Below, one piece after another: positions 43,827-52,743 of a DNA stretch of 52,743 nt. This DNA is from Gemmatimonadota bacterium (GTDB lineage Bacteria > Gemmatimonadota > Gemmatimonadetes > Gemmatimonadales > GWC2-71-9): NCBI GenBank assembly GCA_003221005.1, contig QHTZ01000068.1:1-52743 (forward strand). The letters are read 5' to 3'. A program made the position numbers and the translations under genes. How positions within the stretch are numbered: position 1 is the first letter of the stretch; every line of letters starts with the position of its first letter. The notes beneath the pieces are model-generated. The model was not told the DNA's origin. It did no database searches and saw only the letters and a program-made list of their open reading frames with translations.

Positions 43827-46625
43827 CTGCTCGACACCTTCGACGATCTCCGCACAGCGCTCGCCGGTCGCTACGCCGTGGAACGCGAGCTGGGACGCGG
43901 CGGCATGGCCAGGGTGTTCCTGGCCCGCGACCTCAAGCACAAGCGGCTCGTCGCTGTCAAGGTGTTGAGTCCCAACGTGGCGGTGACGGTCGGCGCGGAG
44001 CGATTTCTGCGCGAGATCGAGATCGCGGCGAAGCTCACCCACCCGCACATCCTGCCGCTGCACGACTCGGGCTCGGCGGACGGCTTCCTGTTCTACGTCA
44101 TGCCCTTCGTCGAAGGCCTGACGCTGCGCCTGCGGCTGACGCGCGAGCTGCGGCTCCCCGTCGCAAGCGCGGTGCAGATCGCGGCCCAGGTAGCGGACGC
44201 CCTCGACTACGCGCACGGTCGCGGCGTGATCCATCGCGACATCAAGCCCGAGAACATCCTCCTCTCCGGGAGCCATGCGATGGTGGCCGACTTCGGCATC
44301 GCCAAAGCCGTGAGCGAGGCCGGCGGGGAGAATCTCACGACGACGGGCCAGACACTCGGGACGCCGGCCTACATGAGCCCCGAGCAGGCCGGAGGCGGCG
44401 TCGTGGACGGACGCACCGATCAGTACGCCCTCGGCTGCGTCGTCTATGAGATGTTGTCCGGCGCACCGCCGTTCATCGGGGCGACGCCGCAAACGGTGTT
44501 GGTGCGGCACCTGCAAGAGGTTCCGCGGTCCCTCCGCCTGGTGCGTCCTGCGCCGCCGGAGCCGATCGTCCGGGCGGTCGAGGTTGCGCTCGCCAAGAAT
44601 CCCGCGGACCGGTTTGCGGGGGTCGGCGAGTTCGGCGCCGCGCTGATGGGATCGGGGCCGGTGCGCCGGCTTCCCTTCGCCCGCACGTGGCGCAAATGGC
44701 GGCGGGCCGGGCTCGTGACGGGAGCCGCCGTCGTCTTGACCCTTGCGGCGTTGTGGCTACGGGCGAGCGGCGCGCCGCGTTTTCACGCGAAGGATTGGAT
44801 CCTGGTGGCGGACTTCGACGGCCCGAGGGATGATCCGAGCTTGGGGGACGCGGTGCGCGAGCTCGCGACCGCGGAGTTGAACCAGTCGACCTTCCTGAGC
44901 ACGGTGCCGCGCCAGCAGCTCAACGCGGCGATGCGGCTCGCCGACGTGCCCGAGACCACGCACGTCGGTCCGCAGCTCGCGCGCGAGCTCGCATATCGCA
45001 CGGCGGTGCGCGCCGTCCTGGTCGGCAGCATCAGTCGGCTGGGCGGACCCAACTTTTCCGTGGTCCTGCACGTCGTGGATGCCACGGATGGGACCGATAT
45101 CATCTCCGTAGCAGGGGCGGCCGCGGATTCGAACCTGGTGGCGAGCGTGCAGCGGCTCGCGCGTCAGGTGCGCGAGGGGTTAGGCGAGCGTCGTGCGGCG
45201 GTTGAGGCGAACCTCCCACTCGATCAAGTCGCGACGCCATCGTTCGCCGCGTATCGGCGCTATGTGGAGGGCTTGAGACTTCAGGAGCAGGGCCAGGCGG
45301 CCAACAGCAACCGAGTGCTGCGCGAGGCGCTTGCCATGGACACCGGCTTCGCGTCGGCCTGGTATCTCATCGGGTGGAATTATCTGAACGATCGCATGCT
45401 TGATTCCGCGCGCATCGCGTTCGCGGAGGCGGTGAAGCGGCCCAATCGGCTCGGCATCCCGCGTCGCTACCGCGTGGAGGCCGACGCCGCATACGCGATT
45501 CGTTATGACTTGGTCGGGGCGATACGGGCGTACGATCTGTACCTCGATCACTTTCCGCGCTCCTACAGCGTCTTGAACAGCCGCGGCCTCTACTTGACCG
45601 CCCTCGGGCGCTACGAAGAAGCGCTTCACGATTTCGAGCAGGCCGTGAAGGTACATCCCTTCGGGCCCAGCCAGGCACAGATACAAGTCGTCAACGAGGC
45701 TGCCACGCTGGTGTCCCTCGGGCGGGTTGACGAGGCTCGCGTCGTTGCGCGCGACCTGAAGGGTCCATTCGCCGAGTACATGGGCCTGCTGTTGGCGGTT
45801 GCCACGGACAACTGGCAAGAGGCGGAGAGCGTGGCTGCGTCCGTCGCAGCGGAGCCCTCCTCGCCCAACTGGCTTCGCGCCCCAGCGGTGGCTACCGCGG
45901 CGTCCGCGCTGGCGGCGCGCGGCGCAGTGGCCGCCGCCGACGCACTGTTGAGGAACGCCGCGACCGGAGCCGCGCCGGATATGGTGCGCTGGTACGCTCG
46001 CGCCCGCCTCTTGCTGTTCGCGGCAGCGGGGCGTCCGGTGCCACGCCTTCCGGCCGCCGCTGCACGCGACCTCGCGGCTCCCGGGCTCGTGACCTATGGC
46101 CTGTGGGCTACGGCCGTTGGGGACACGTTCGCCGCTCGCGCGCGCTTACGGGGAGTCCGCCAGTTCCCCGAGGGAACACGAGCTGCGCTCGGGTTCGGAC
46201 CGGAGATGCTCGAGGCGTCGATCGCCGCAAGCGCAAGGCGGTGGGCTGACGTGATCCGCCTCATCGGCGCTGCTGCGGAAATCGGAGAGCACGACAACAC
46301 GCTGCTCGATCGCGTCAGCAGTCTGTCCTTGCGGTGGCTCGCGGCCGAGGCTTATGCCCAGCTCGGGCGGACGGACTCCGCCATCGCCGTCATGGAGCTG
46401 GTCGTCCGAGCGAGTGGCATGCCGGGGAATGGGATTGTACTTCGAGGCGTGCCCTTCTTGTTCGCCCACCGCCGCTTGGCGCAATGGTACGCGAAGGCGG
46501 GGCGACCGGATTTGGCGCGGGCACACTGGGGCGTTGTCCTTCAGACGGCACGACGTCCGGACGCCGAAATCCTCCCGCTCATCGAAGAGGCACGAGCGAG
46601 CACCCAGTTGACGCGCAAGGATTGA
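43827..46625 (+). CDS. transmembrane Hanks-type Ser/Thr kinase with extracytoplasmic TPR region
   Basis: GRGGMA, VAVK, HRDIKPEN, DFG, GTPAYMSPEQ; TM after kinase; TPR-like helices. Start proposed at CTG 43827 (track gives GTG 43878). Confidence 0.9.
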   Translation: MLDTFDDLRTALAGRYAVERELGRGGMARVFLARDLKHKRLVAVKVLSPNVAVTVGAERFLREIEIAAKLTHPHILPLHDSGSADGFLFYVMPFVEGLTLRLRLTRELRLPVASAVQIAAQVADALDYAHGRGVIHRDIKPENILLSGSHAMVADFGIAKAVSEAGGENLTTTGQTLGTPAYMSPEQAGGGVVDGRTDQYALGCVVYEMLSGAPPFIGATPQTVLVRHLQEVPRSLRLVRPAPPEPIVRAVEVALAKNPADRFAGVGEFGAALMGSGPVRRLPFARTWRKWRRAGLVTGAAVVLTLAALWLRASGAPRFHAKDWILVADFDGPRDDPSLGDAVRELATAELNQSTFLSTVPRQQLNAAMRLADVPETTHVGPQLARELAYRTAVRAVLVGSISRLGGPNFSVVLHVVDATDGTDIISVAGAAADSNLVASVQRLARQVREGLGERRAAVEANLPLDQVATPSFAAYRRYVEGLRLQEQGQAANSNRVLREALAMDTGFASAWYLIGWNYLNDRMLDSARIAFAEAVKRPNRLGIPRRYRVEADAAYAIRYDLVGAIRAYDLYLDHFPRSYSVLNSRGLYLTALGRYEEALHDFEQAVKVHPFGPSQAQIQVVNEAATLVSLGRVDEARVVARDLKGPFAEYMGLLLAVATDNWQEAESVAASVAAEPSSPNWLRAPAVATAASALAARGAVAAADALLRNAATGAAPDMVRWYARARLLLFAAAGRPVPRLPAAAARDLAAPGLVTYGLWATAVGDTFAARARLRGVRQFPEGTRAALGFGPEMLEASIAASARRWADVIRLIGAAAEIGEHDNTLLDRVSSLSLRWLAAEAYAQLGRTDSAIAVMELVVRASGMPGNGIVLRGVPFLFAHRRLAQWYAKAGRPDLARAHWGVVLQTARRPDAEILPLIEEARASTQLTRKD

Positions 46626-46677
46626 TGCAACGTGACACCGTGCAGCACGCACTTCACCCCCACTAGGGAGATCCCCC

Positions 46678-47073
46678 GTGATCAGGACACTGCTGGTGCT
46701 CGTCAGCGTTACGTGCGGCCTCGGCGTCGCGCAAGCCGGGGCGCAAACGAAGTACAAGGTTGACTGCTCGGCCCCCGCACCCGCCGATCTTCGTCTGCAC
46801 CGGTTGTGGGAGATGCAGTGCACATCCAGTGTCCCTATCACGATCTCCTCGGGTGACTCGGGCATCAGTAGCGGGGGGCCCTCGCAATCGAAGGCGTTAG
46901 TCAAAGCGACGCTGCTTGTCGGCGAGGTGAGAATGTGGACCTGCAGTCGCTCCGCCGCACGAGAAGGACAGCAGACGATCACTTGCGACGTTCCGGCGAA
47001 GCTGGAAATGGTGCTGGCGGACAGCGGACGAGGCCCGCGGATCCCGCCTCTGGCAGCGCCGTTAGCTAGGTGA
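46678..47073 (+). CDS. hypothetical secreted protein
   Basis: GGGAG SD, signal-peptide-like start, several Cys; no recognised family. Confidence 0.45.
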   Translation: MIRTLLVLVSVTCGLGVAQAGAQTKYKVDCSAPAPADLRLHRLWEMQCTSSVPITISSGDSGISSGGPSQSKALVKATLLVGEVRMWTCSRSAAREGQQTITCDVPAKLEMVLADSGRGPRIPPLAAPLAR

Positions 47074-47103
47074 ACCGCGGCGCACCCTTGCGTTGGGCAG
47101 CAG

Positions 47104-47141
47104 GCTGTATAGTTTTCCGCAGGAATGCATAATCATGCACG
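47104..47141 (+). promoter_or_regulatory. tandem ARG boxes (ArgR operator) over argC promoter and start codon
   Basis: gcTGTATAGTTTTCCGca-gg-aaTGCATAATCATGCAcg; second box is a TGCAT-N4-ATGCA palindrome. Confidence 0.75.
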
Positions 47142-48084
47142 GGTGCCCGTTGGCGTCCTCGGGGCCTCCGGGTACGTCGGGCAGGAGCTGCTGCGGCTCC
47201 TGGCCGGTCACCCGGGGGCCTCCGTCGCCTTTGCCACCGCCGAGACGGCGGCGGGCGAGACCGTCGAAGGCCAGCGGCTCATCAAGACCGACGACGCGCA
47301 AGTCGCGCGCGCCGAGCTCGTCTTCTCCTGCCTGCCGCACGGCGTCTCCGGCCGCTACGTGAACGACGTGCGCGCGGCCGGCGTGCGGGCGGTTGATCTG
47401 TCCGCCGATTTTCGGCTCAGCGCCGAGGCCGTGTACGGCCTCACCGAATTCGCCCGGCCGCGCGTCGCCACGGCCGAGCTCGTGGCCAACCCCGGCTGCT
47501 ATCCGACGGCGGCGCTGCTCGCCTTGATCCCGCTCGCCAAACGCGGGCTGATCGATCCCGGGCGCGAGGTCGTGATCGACGCCGCGTCGGGCGTCACCGG
47601 CGCCGGACGGAACGCGAGGCGCGAGCTGCTGTTCGGCGAGGTGGCCGAGGACTATCGGGCGTACGCCGCTGGCAACACGCATCGCCACCTTCCAGAGGTG
47701 CGGGCCGGTCTCGCCCGGGAAGGCGGATTCTCGGGCGACCTGGTGTTCACGCCGCACCTGCTCCCGGTGAAGCGCGGCATTCTCGAGACCATCCACGTGC
47801 CCCTCACCCGGGCGCTCGATCAAGGTGCCGCCGAGGCGCTCTACGAGGAAGCGTACGCCGGCGAGCCGTGCGTGCTGATCACGCGCGGCGCGCTGCCGTC
47901 GCTCAAAGACGTGGTGTACCGCAACCGAGTGGCGATCGGAGTGGTGCCGGTGAGCGGGGTCCAGCGGCCCCGGCTCACTGTGATCGCCGCGATCGACAAC
48001 CTCGTGAAGGGTGCCGCAGGGCAGGCGGTCCAGAACATGAACGTGATGCTCGGCTTTCCCGAGACCGCGGGGCTCGCATGCTAG
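47125..48084 (+). CDS. argC: N-acetyl-gamma-glutamyl-phosphate reductase
   Basis: GASGYVG, DLSADFR, ANPGCYPT, SGVTGAG, HRHLPE, DNLVKGAAGQA. Confidence 0.96.
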   Translation: MHNHARVPVGVLGASGYVGQELLRLLAGHPGASVAFATAETAAGETVEGQRLIKTDDAQVARAELVFSCLPHGVSGRYVNDVRAAGVRAVDLSADFRLSAEAVYGLTEFARPRVATAELVANPGCYPTAALLALIPLAKRGLIDPGREVVIDAASGVTGAGRNARRELLFGEVAEDYRAYAAGNTHRHLPEVRAGLAREGGFSGDLVFTPHLLPVKRGILETIHVPLTRALDQGAAEALYEEAYAGEPCVLITRGALPSLKDVVYRNRVAIGVVPVSGVQRPRLTVIAAIDNLVKGAAGQAVQNMNVMLGFPETAGLAC

Positions 48085-48842
48085 CGGTTCGGGTAGTGAA
48101 GATCGGCGGCAACGAGCTTGACCGGCCGGGATGGCTCGCGCAGTGCGCCCGCGCGCTCGCGCGCGTCGCGCCGCTCGTGGTCGTCCACGGCGGCGGGCAG
48201 GCGATCACGACGTGGTCGACTCGGCTCGAGCTGCCCGTGGAAAAACGCGACGGCCTGCGCGTCACGAGCCCCGAGCTCGCCGAGCTCGCCGAGATGGTGC
48301 TCGCCGGCCCCGTGAACCGCCAGGTGGTGGCCGCCCTGCGGGCCGCCGGCCTCGACGCCGTCGGGCTCTCGGGGGTGGACGGCGGGTTGCTCGTCGCGCG
48401 GCCGGCACCGGGCGACCTCGGCCGCGTGGGCGAGATCGCCGCCGTGCGCGTGGCGTTGCTCGAGAGCCTGCTCCTCGCGGGGCTGACGCCCGTCGTCGCG
48501 CCGATCGCACCCGACGGCAGCGCGGCGGACGCGCCGTTCAACGTCAACGCCGATCAGGCGGCGGCTGCCGTGGCGGGCGCCCTGGCGGCCGCCGAGCTGC
48601 TGTTCGTCTCGGACGTGCCGGGCGTGGTCGTAGGGGGCGTCACCCAGCGGGAGATCGCCGCCACGGAGATCGAGAGCCTGATCGCCGCCGGCGTCGCCCG
48701 GGACGGCATGGCGGCGAAGCTCCGCGCCGCCAAGTCGGCCCTCGCCGCCGGAGCCCGCGCCGTGCGCATCGGAGATCTCACCCTGTTCGAGCGGTCATCC
48801 GCCGGCACTCGCGTGCTCGCGGTCGCCGCGCAACCCGCGTGA
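48078..48842 (+). CDS. argB: acetylglutamate kinase
   Basis: Start ATG 48078; VKIGG, VVHGGG, GLRVT, NVNAD, GMAAK. Confidence 0.92.
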   Translation: MLAVRVVKIGGNELDRPGWLAQCARALARVAPLVVVHGGGQAITTWSTRLELPVEKRDGLRVTSPELAELAEMVLAGPVNRQVVAALRAAGLDAVGLSGVDGGLLVARPAPGDLGRVGEIAAVRVALLESLLLAGLTPVVAPIAPDGSAADAPFNVNADQAAAAVAGALAAAELLFVSDVPGVVVGGVTQREIAATEIESLIAAGVARDGMAAKLRAAKSALAAGARAVRIGDLTLFERSSAGTRVLAVAAQPA

Positions 48843-50008
48843 CCGCCACCTCCGCTCCCGCTGCGGCACTGCTCGGCGTGTACGCTCGCGTCGGCCCGGT
48901 GTTTGCGGGCGGCGACGGCGCCGAGCTCATCGCCGAGGACGGCACGCGCTACCTCGACTTCGTCGCCGGGATCGGCGTCAACGCCCTGGGCTACAATCAT
49001 CCCGTGATCCGCGGGGCGATCGAGCGGGCCCTCGCGACGGGGCTGATCCATGTGTCCAACCTCTACCGGTCGGAGCCGGGTGAGCGCCTCGCCGAGGAGC
49101 TCGTGAGCCGCTCGTTCGCCGACCAGGTGTTCTTCTGCAACTCCGGGGCGGAGGCAAACGAGGCGGCCTTCAAGTTCGCCCGCAAATGGTCGGGGAAGCC
49201 GGGGATCGTGGCGTTCAGCGGCGGGTTCCACGGGCGCCTGTTCGCGTCGCTCGCCGCCACGGACCGTCCCGAGTACCGCCGCCCCTTCGAGCCGCTTGTC
49301 CCGGGAGTCGAGATCGTCCCGCTCGGCGACCGCGCCGCCACGGAGCGGGCCGTGAGCGCCGGAGGCAAGAAGGCGGGTGCGGTGATCATCGAGCCGGTGC
49401 AGGGGGAAGGTGGCGTGCATCCTGTCGATCCCGCGTGGCTGGCGTGGCTGCGCCAGCTGTGCGACGCGAGCGGCGCCGCCCTCATCTTCGACGAGGTGCA
49501 GTGCGGCTTGGGTCGCACCGGAACGTTCTTCGCCTACGAGCAGATGGGCGTCGTGCCGGATATGGTCACGATCGCGAAGCCCCTGGCGGGAGGCCTCCCG
49601 ATGGGCGCCGTGCTCCTGAAGGAGGCGATCGGGAGCGCGCTCGCACCGGGCGATCATGCCACGACGTTCGGCGGCGGGCCGCTCGTGGCCGGCGTGGCGC
49701 TCGAGGTCGTGCGCGCGATCGCGGCGCCCGAGTTCCTGGCAGCGGTGCGCCGCGCGGGGGAATGGCTCGCGACTCGACTCGAGCGGCTGGCGACATGCCG
49801 CCGTCGAGTGCAGGGCGTGCGGGGCCGGGGGCTGATGTGGGGCATCGAGCTGACGGAGCCGGCGGCGCCGTTCGTGGGCTCCGCACGCGAGCGTGGCTTG
49901 CTCGTGGCCACCGCCGGTCCCACCGTGCTGCGCCTGCTCCCGCCGCTCGTGGTCACGCTCGACGAGCTGGAGCGCGGCGTGGCGATACTCGAGGGAGTGC
50001 TGGAGTGA
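48839..50008 (+). CDS. argD: acetylornithine aminotransferase
   Basis: GTG 48839; NSGAEANE, FHGR, EPVQGEGG, FDEVQCGLGRTG, AKPLAGG. Confidence 0.93.
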   Translation: MTATSAPAAALLGVYARVGPVFAGGDGAELIAEDGTRYLDFVAGIGVNALGYNHPVIRGAIERALATGLIHVSNLYRSEPGERLAEELVSRSFADQVFFCNSGAEANEAAFKFARKWSGKPGIVAFSGGFHGRLFASLAATDRPEYRRPFEPLVPGVEIVPLGDRAATERAVSAGGKKAGAVIIEPVQGEGGVHPVDPAWLAWLRQLCDASGAALIFDEVQCGLGRTGTFFAYEQMGVVPDMVTIAKPLAGGLPMGAVLLKEAIGSALAPGDHATTFGGGPLVAGVALEVVRAIAAPEFLAAVRRAGEWLATRLERLATCRRRVQGVRGRGLMWGIELTEPAAPFVGSARERGLLVATAGPTVLRLLPPLVVTLDELERGVAILEGVLE

Positions 50009-50514
50009 GCGCCGTCTCGCTCCGCGTCGTCCGGGAGGCTCCGGCTCCGACGGTGCGCCCCGCGACGCTCGCGGACGTGCCGCAGCTCGAGGCGCTCATG
50101 GCGCCGTACGTCGCGTCAGGAGATCTCCTGCCGCGCAGCAACTACGACCTCTGCCGGCACATCAAGGAGTACGTCGTTGCCCCCGCCCCCGCCCCCACCC
50201 CCGATGGCGGCATCATCGGCTGCGCTTCGCTCAAGATCTACTCGCGCGCCCTCGCCGAGGTCGCGGGGCTTGCCGTGCGCTCGGACTTTCAGGGCGCCGG
50301 CGTGGGCCGCGCCCTCATGGACGCGATCATCGCCGAGGCGCGCGCAGCCGGTCTTTCCGAAGTCCTCGCCCTCACGAGAAAGCCCGCCTTCTTCCTCAAG
50401 CTGGGCTTCCAGCCCTCTGAGAAGGAACACTTCCCGCTGAAGGTGTGGGCCGACTGCGCGCGCTGTCCCCGCCAGAACTGCTGTGACGAGGTGGCAGTGG
50501 TACTGAAACTGTAA
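50005..50514 (+). CDS. argA: short GNAT-type N-acetylglutamate synthase
   Basis: GTG 50005; LLPRS, QGAGVG, KVWADCARCP..CCDE; last gene of arg cluster. Confidence 0.75.
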   Translation: MSAVSLRVVREAPAPTVRPATLADVPQLEALMAPYVASGDLLPRSNYDLCRHIKEYVVAPAPAPTPDGGIIGCASLKIYSRALAEVAGLAVRSDFQGAGVGRALMDAIIAEARAAGLSEVLALTRKPAFFLKLGFQPSEKEHFPLKVWADCARCPRQNCCDEVAVVLKL

Positions 50515-50699
50515 GGTAGGCGGCCGCAGGTTCGTCGCCCCCTCTGGCCGAGCGCCCGCCCAGGGCTAGTATTGACACCCACCAGAACACCAAGGACACC
50601 GTGTTCATCTTCCTTGCGATCGGTGTCGGCCTCGCGGCCGGCATGTTCGCACCCGCGGTAGCGGCCCTCGACCACTTGCGGGGAGCCGAAGGGGCGAGA

Positions 50700-51860
50700 G
50701 TGACGAGGATCGGCCCTCGCCTCGGCGTGCTCGCGGGGATCTGGGTGGCGGCGGGAGCGTGCGCATCCGGCCACACGGCCCGGCGTGCGATGGTGCCCGT
50801 GCCGCCGGCGTCGCCGGCAGACGTCGACGTCACGCTGTATCTGATCGGCGACGCCGGCGACCCCGCGCCGGGCCACGAGCCGGTTCTGGCCGCGCTCGAG
50901 GCCCAGGCGGCCGCGCGGGGAGCGACGAGCGTCATCGTCTTTCTCGGCGACAACGTGTACCCGCGCGGCCTCCCCGATTCCGGCGATCGCCATCGCCCCG
51001 AGGCGGAACGCCGCCTCGACGCTCAGGTCGAAGTGCTGGAGCGAAGCGGAGCGCGAGGGATCTTCGTACCGGGCAATCACGACTGGGACGAGGGTGGCGA
51101 GGGCGGTTGGGACGGCATCCGGCGGGAGGGCGTGTTTCTCGCCGGGCGCCGCGGTGCCCGCGTCGAGCTGCTCCCGACCGGCGGGTGCCCGGGCCCGGCC
51201 ATAGTGGACGTGGGACGGACGCTCCGGCTGGCGCTGCTCGACACCCAGTGGTGGCTGCGGGGCAAGCCGAAGCCCGAAGGGCCGGGGTCGAGCTGCCCCA
51301 CCCATTCCGAGGGGGAGGTCGTTGATTCGCTCCGCGGGGTACTGCGAGACGCGGGTCGCCGGCGCGTGGCCGTGCTGGCCCACCATCCCCTTGCTTCCGG
51401 CGGGCCGCATGGGGGTCATTTCGATTGGCAGGCCCACGTGTTTCCCCTCCGAGCGCTCGCGCCCTGGCTGTGGGTCCCGCTGCCCGTGATCGGCTCGATC
51501 TATCCGGTGGCGCGTCAGCATGGGATTTCCAACCAGGACATGTCCGGGTCGCGTTACCGCCGCCTGCGCGCGGGGCTCGCGAGCGCGTTCGCGGAGCACC
51601 CGCCCCTCGTCTACGGATCGGGGCACGATCATGCGCTCCAGGTGATCACGGGAAACACGGCGCGGTACCTCCTCGTGAGCGGCAGCGGCTACCTCGGCCA
51701 CTTCAACTACACGACGTGGCTCGACAGCACGCGGTTCGCGCAGAGCGCGAGCGGCTTCATGCGGCTCGACCTGCTGCGTGACGGGCGGACGCGACTCGGC
51801 GTCACCGTCGTGGACGAGCGCGGCCAGGCGAGGGAAGCGTTCTCGATGTGGCTCGACTGA
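50700..51860 (+). CDS. secreted metallophosphoesterase (calcineurin-like)
   Basis: IGDAG, LGDNVYP, PGNHDW, HHP, SGHDH; GTG 50700 gives a lipoprotein-like signal (track start 50601 is an alternative). Confidence 0.88.
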   Translation: MTRIGPRLGVLAGIWVAAGACASGHTARRAMVPVPPASPADVDVTLYLIGDAGDPAPGHEPVLAALEAQAAARGATSVIVFLGDNVYPRGLPDSGDRHRPEAERRLDAQVEVLERSGARGIFVPGNHDWDEGGEGGWDGIRREGVFLAGRRGARVELLPTGGCPGPAIVDVGRTLRLALLDTQWWLRGKPKPEGPGSSCPTHSEGEVVDSLRGVLRDAGRRRVAVLAHHPLASGGPHGGHFDWQAHVFPLRALAPWLWVPLPVIGSIYPVARQHGISNQDMSGSRYRRLRAGLASAFAEHPPLVYGSGHDHALQVITGNTARYLLVSGSGYLGHFNYTTWLDSTRFAQSASGFMRLDLLRDGRTRLGVTVVDERGQAREAFSMWLD

Positions 51861-51873
51861 AGGAGGCGTAGCC

Positions 51874-52743
51874 GTGCGCGGCTGCTGTGCGGTGCAGCTC
51901 GCTGTCGTCATCATGCTCACGCCGGCCCCTACGAGGGGACAACAGCCCGCGACTGTAACCGTGGCCGCCGGCTCCCGTTATGGAGCGAGCTGGCCTCACC
52001 AGTTCCTGTTCGGCCGCCACTACCGCGACCTGTGGACCATCCCGATCCGCGTCGAAGTGCTCGATCTCTCCCGCTACGCCGGCGGTCTGACCCCGCTCAA
52101 GCGCGGTGGCGGGCGGCAGACGAAAACGTTGCGGTTCCAGAGCGGCGACGGGCGCGTGTTCGCTTTCCGCTCGGTGGACAAGGATCCCACGGCGGCGATC
52201 CCGCCGCAGCTGCGCCAGACCTTCGTCAATCAGATCGTCCAGGATCAGATCAGCTCCAGCCATCCGGCGGGAGCGCTGGTCGTCAGCGCGCTGCTCGATG
52301 CCGCGGGTGTACTCCACACGGAGCCACGCCTGTTCGTTCTGCCCGACGACGCGCGTCTCGGCGCCTTCCGGGCCGACTTCGCCGGGATGCTCGGGCAGCT
52401 CGAGGATCGGCCGAAGGAAGGCAGTGACGACGAGCCCGGATTCGCGGGCGCGAACGACATTGCGAGCACCCAGAAGCTGTGGGAGCACTTGGGGCACAGC
52501 TCGCGTCACCGGGTCGACTCGCGGGCCTTTCTCACTGCGCGTCTGCTCGACATCTACGTTGGCGACTGGGACCGGCACGCCGACCAGTGGCGCTGGGCGC
52601 GGTTCGAGGAGGACGACGGGCACGTGTGGCGGCCCATCCCTCGCGACCGCGACCAGGCGTTCTCCAAGCTCGACGGCTTTCTCCCGTGGCTCGCGCGCTT
52701 CTATCAACCCGACGTCGTCGGCTTCGGCGACGGTTACCCCGAC
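51874..52743 (+). CDS. secreted protein with kinase-like motifs, probably N-terminus of a large outer-membrane protein (partial)
   Basis: Not in ORF track (no stop in window). AGGAGG SD, GTG 51874; FGRHYRDLW, GGGRQTKTLR, FRSVDKDP, LLDIYVGDWDRHADQWRW, PIPRDRDQAF. Confidence 0.8.
   Translation, partial: MRGCCAVQLAVVIMLTPAPTRGQQPATVTVAAGSRYGASWPHQFLFGRHYRDLWTIPIRVEVLDLSRYAGGLTPLKRGGGRQTKTLRFQSGDGRVFAFRSVDKDPTAAIPPQLRQTFVNQIVQDQISSSHPAGALVVSALLDAAGVLHTEPRLFVLPDDARLGAFRADFAGMLGQLEDRPKEGSDDEPGFAGANDIASTQKLWEHLGHSSRHRVDSRAFLTARLLDIYVGDWDRHADQWRWARFEEDDGHVWRPIPRDRDQAFSKLDGFLPWLARFYQPDVVGFGDGYPD

Noticed and set aside
43760-47070. CTAGG copies (43761, 46663, 47066) as insertion target duplications
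   Set aside because: Too short, with no terminal inverted repeats, integrase or transposase
50601-50699. MFIFLAIGVGLAAGMF as a remnant of another membrane-protein gene
   Set aside because: Too short to assign; could be an alternative N-terminus of the phosphoesterase

Overview
High-GC, gene-dense bacterial chromosome segment. Gene content (Hanks kinase-TPR proteins, Ig/PD40 surface protein, many lipoprotein amidohydrolases, outer-membrane barrels) suggests Gemmatimonadota or a similar diderm lineage; this is an inference. About 50 CDSs: a paired ATP-grasp ligase plus GNAT operon, thyX, a long minus-strand run (amidohydrolases, selD, USP, RNase H, dCMP deaminase, beta-decarboxylating dehydrogenase, thiolase, SPFH, hydroxyacyl-CoA dehydrogenase), a gyrA-led run with a diguanylate cyclase and Ser/Thr kinase, an argCBDA operon with ARG boxes, and a terminal metallophosphoesterase next to a kinase-like secreted protein. 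No tRNA, rRNA, CRISPR array, transposase or integrase was seen. Signals the ORF track misses: (1) selD is a selenoprotein gene (in-frame TGA at 15390-15392, UACK motif, hairpin directly downstream); (2) a recurring architecture of short tandem-repeat arrays with different 7/8/10-nt units, most paired with their own reverse complement, some read in frame inside proteins; (3) many -10 boxes 5-9 nt from start codons (leaderless mRNAs, overlapping divergent promoters); (4) an inverted REP-like pair with compensatory base changes; (5) several enzymes with altered catalytic motifs (RNase H, S41 peptidase, D-aminoacylase). All calls come from motif reading by eye; no database search was run.
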